DNA of 64,000 nt from Malacoraja senta (Eukaryota), in assembly GCA_038087875.1 (NCBI GenBank), contig CM075979.1:12028001-12092000 (forward strand), given 5' to 3'. A program made the position numbers and the translations under genes. Below, one piece after another: positions 62,461 through 64,000 of the stretch (the first letter of the stretch is position 1; each line of letters starts with the position of its first letter). The notes under the pieces are model-generated. The model was not told where the DNA came from. It made no database searches and was given only the letters and a program-made list of their open reading frames with translations.

Positions 62461-62748
62461 TTTAACTCAGCGGGCAGGCAGCATCTCTGGAGAGAAGGAA
62501 TGGGTGATGGGATGACGTTTCCAAATTTCTGCTGTGTCTTTGTGTAACTCCAGCACCGTGTGTTCACTTTTTGTCAACCAGCATCTGCCCTTTCTCGTGT
62601 ATGATATTATTTGTATCCGTGGCAGTTGATTGTCGCTCCCTTCAGTTTCCCAGAGGGTCGGGACGGGACTGGAGTTGGGAGGGAAAGGTGTGGGGGGGGG
62701 GGGGGTGGGGAGGAGGGAGGGGGGAGGGGGTGGGGGGGGTTGGGGTGA

Positions 62749-63551
62749 CTTAGTACGGGAGACAAGTGTACTGACTGTGTGGGCAGACACTTTGGTAGTG
62801 ATTGCCCATGGGGTTCACTGTCGAGGACTTCATAATGCAGGAAGCATTATAAACAGTGGAGCGGGTGGGTTAGGTGAGCAGGAGAGTGGGGTTGTTTGCA
62901 GTTGCAGAGGGAGGGGCCAAGGGCGGTACAGTTCCCAGTCTCAGCTCCTGTTCTACCGAGCGTGTGGACATGGACGGGTGGCTTGGTTGGCGGTGGCCCA
63001 TGGTGTGGCAGAGCCGGCGTGCCCGCTGACTCCCATCCCCCCCCCCCCAGGTCCGGGGCCACGCTGGGAGAGAGCCCCCGAGCATCTGCCCCGGGGCGAC
63101 GGGCACTGACCTGCTGGCATCGCTGACGTGAAGACAGTGCAAAGCCCCCGCGCCCGGTGCAATGGGCGGGGAGCTGGAGAGGGGAGGGAAGGGGTCACAC
63201 ACATGGCCGGGAAGCAGAGGGGTGGGGGTGGGGGTGGCGACAGACAGGGCCAACAATGAGATGGAGAAAGACAGAAACACCGACGTGTAAAGGAGACCTA
63301 CAATAGTTCATGATCTCTCTCGCGTTATGGCGGGTGATTGTCGCCTGCCCGCTGTTTCTGACGCTAAAGCCTTGGGATCGTTGCCCTTCGTGTTGGCGTG
63401 GAGGGGGAGGGGGGTATTGTGCTGTTTGATCGCCCCCTGCTATCCCAGGGACAGGGAGACACAGCGGCTTTTGAGATTGGTGGGCAATCACTACCAACGT
63501 GTCTGCCCACACAGTCAGTACACCTCTCCTACACTTGTCCCCCGCACTAAG
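62749..63551. mobile_element. Element of about 800 bp with long terminal inverted repeats
   Basis: 62749-62808 is reverse-complementary to 63481-63551 (CTTAGT.CGGG.GACAA..GTGTACTGACTGTGTGGGCAGACAC.TTGGTAGTGATTGCCCA) apart from an 11-nt indel and 3 mismatches. Confidence 0.75.
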
Positions 63552-64000
63552 ATCATCCCGCAGAGAATGATCCCAGCCTAACCCAAGAGCCTTGTCACCC
63601 CGGGGAGATTAATGACGCCCTCCCTCTACCTCAACTCACGCCTGGGCACCAAAGCAGCTCAGGAGGCGAACCCTGAGCTCCGTCTCCCAACAATCTGATG
63701 CGCAACTGATGTGAAAGAACAGCGGCTGCGGCCGGCCGGCACCCGGCATGGACTTCTCACACCCTCACACACGAAAAGTGTGTGAGAATAAACAAAAACA
63801 AGGAACAAAACCAAAGCCCGGCTTGAAAGGCATCTAAAAATATATTCCGCTTAGAACGAGCAGGCGCGGAGACATCCGTCCACATTCAAAGATTTCATCT
63901 CCCGTCTCCCCGCAGTGTGTAGACCTGGCAGTAAATTCAATTAAAATATAGCAAACCTCCGCTCGCTGGTCTTCTAACTACGTGATGTGTATTTCAAACA

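Overview
Repeat-dense vertebrate genomic DNA, most likely from a cartilaginous fish (skate/ray-like). This is inferred from HE1-type V-SINEs, HER1/CR1 LINE tails, SacSINE1-like DeuSINE remnants, Rex1/Babar tails and many Penelope palindromes; there are two N-gaps. Host-gene content is sparse: two frame-compatible + strand exons of an unidentified coiled-coil protein (254-417, 1999-2815), a candidate CCAAT/TATA promoter with first exon (about 18150-18491) and a candidate internal exon (61734-61940). The standout is a structurally complete, apparently young DIRS1-type tyrosine-recombinase retrotransposon on the - strand (50061-54923). It has ITRs, an internal complementary region that exactly spells the circle junction, a 6-bp core (ATTTTA) shared with the target, and intact RT-RNaseH-methyltransferase-like and recombinase ORFs; its gag carries one in-frame stop. 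It also carries four splice-site-like signals placed so that alternative splicing would give separate gag, pol and recombinase mRNAs (my main hypothesis). Also present are a near full-length decayed CR1 LINE with an SGNH-esterase ORF1 (about 33547-37815), several near-identical young CR1 3' copies, Penelope-derived palindromes with minimal hammerhead-like cores, TIR elements and a 20 x 17-bp variant minisatellite. Family assignments come from motif recognition, not database searches, and boundaries of decayed repeats are approximate.
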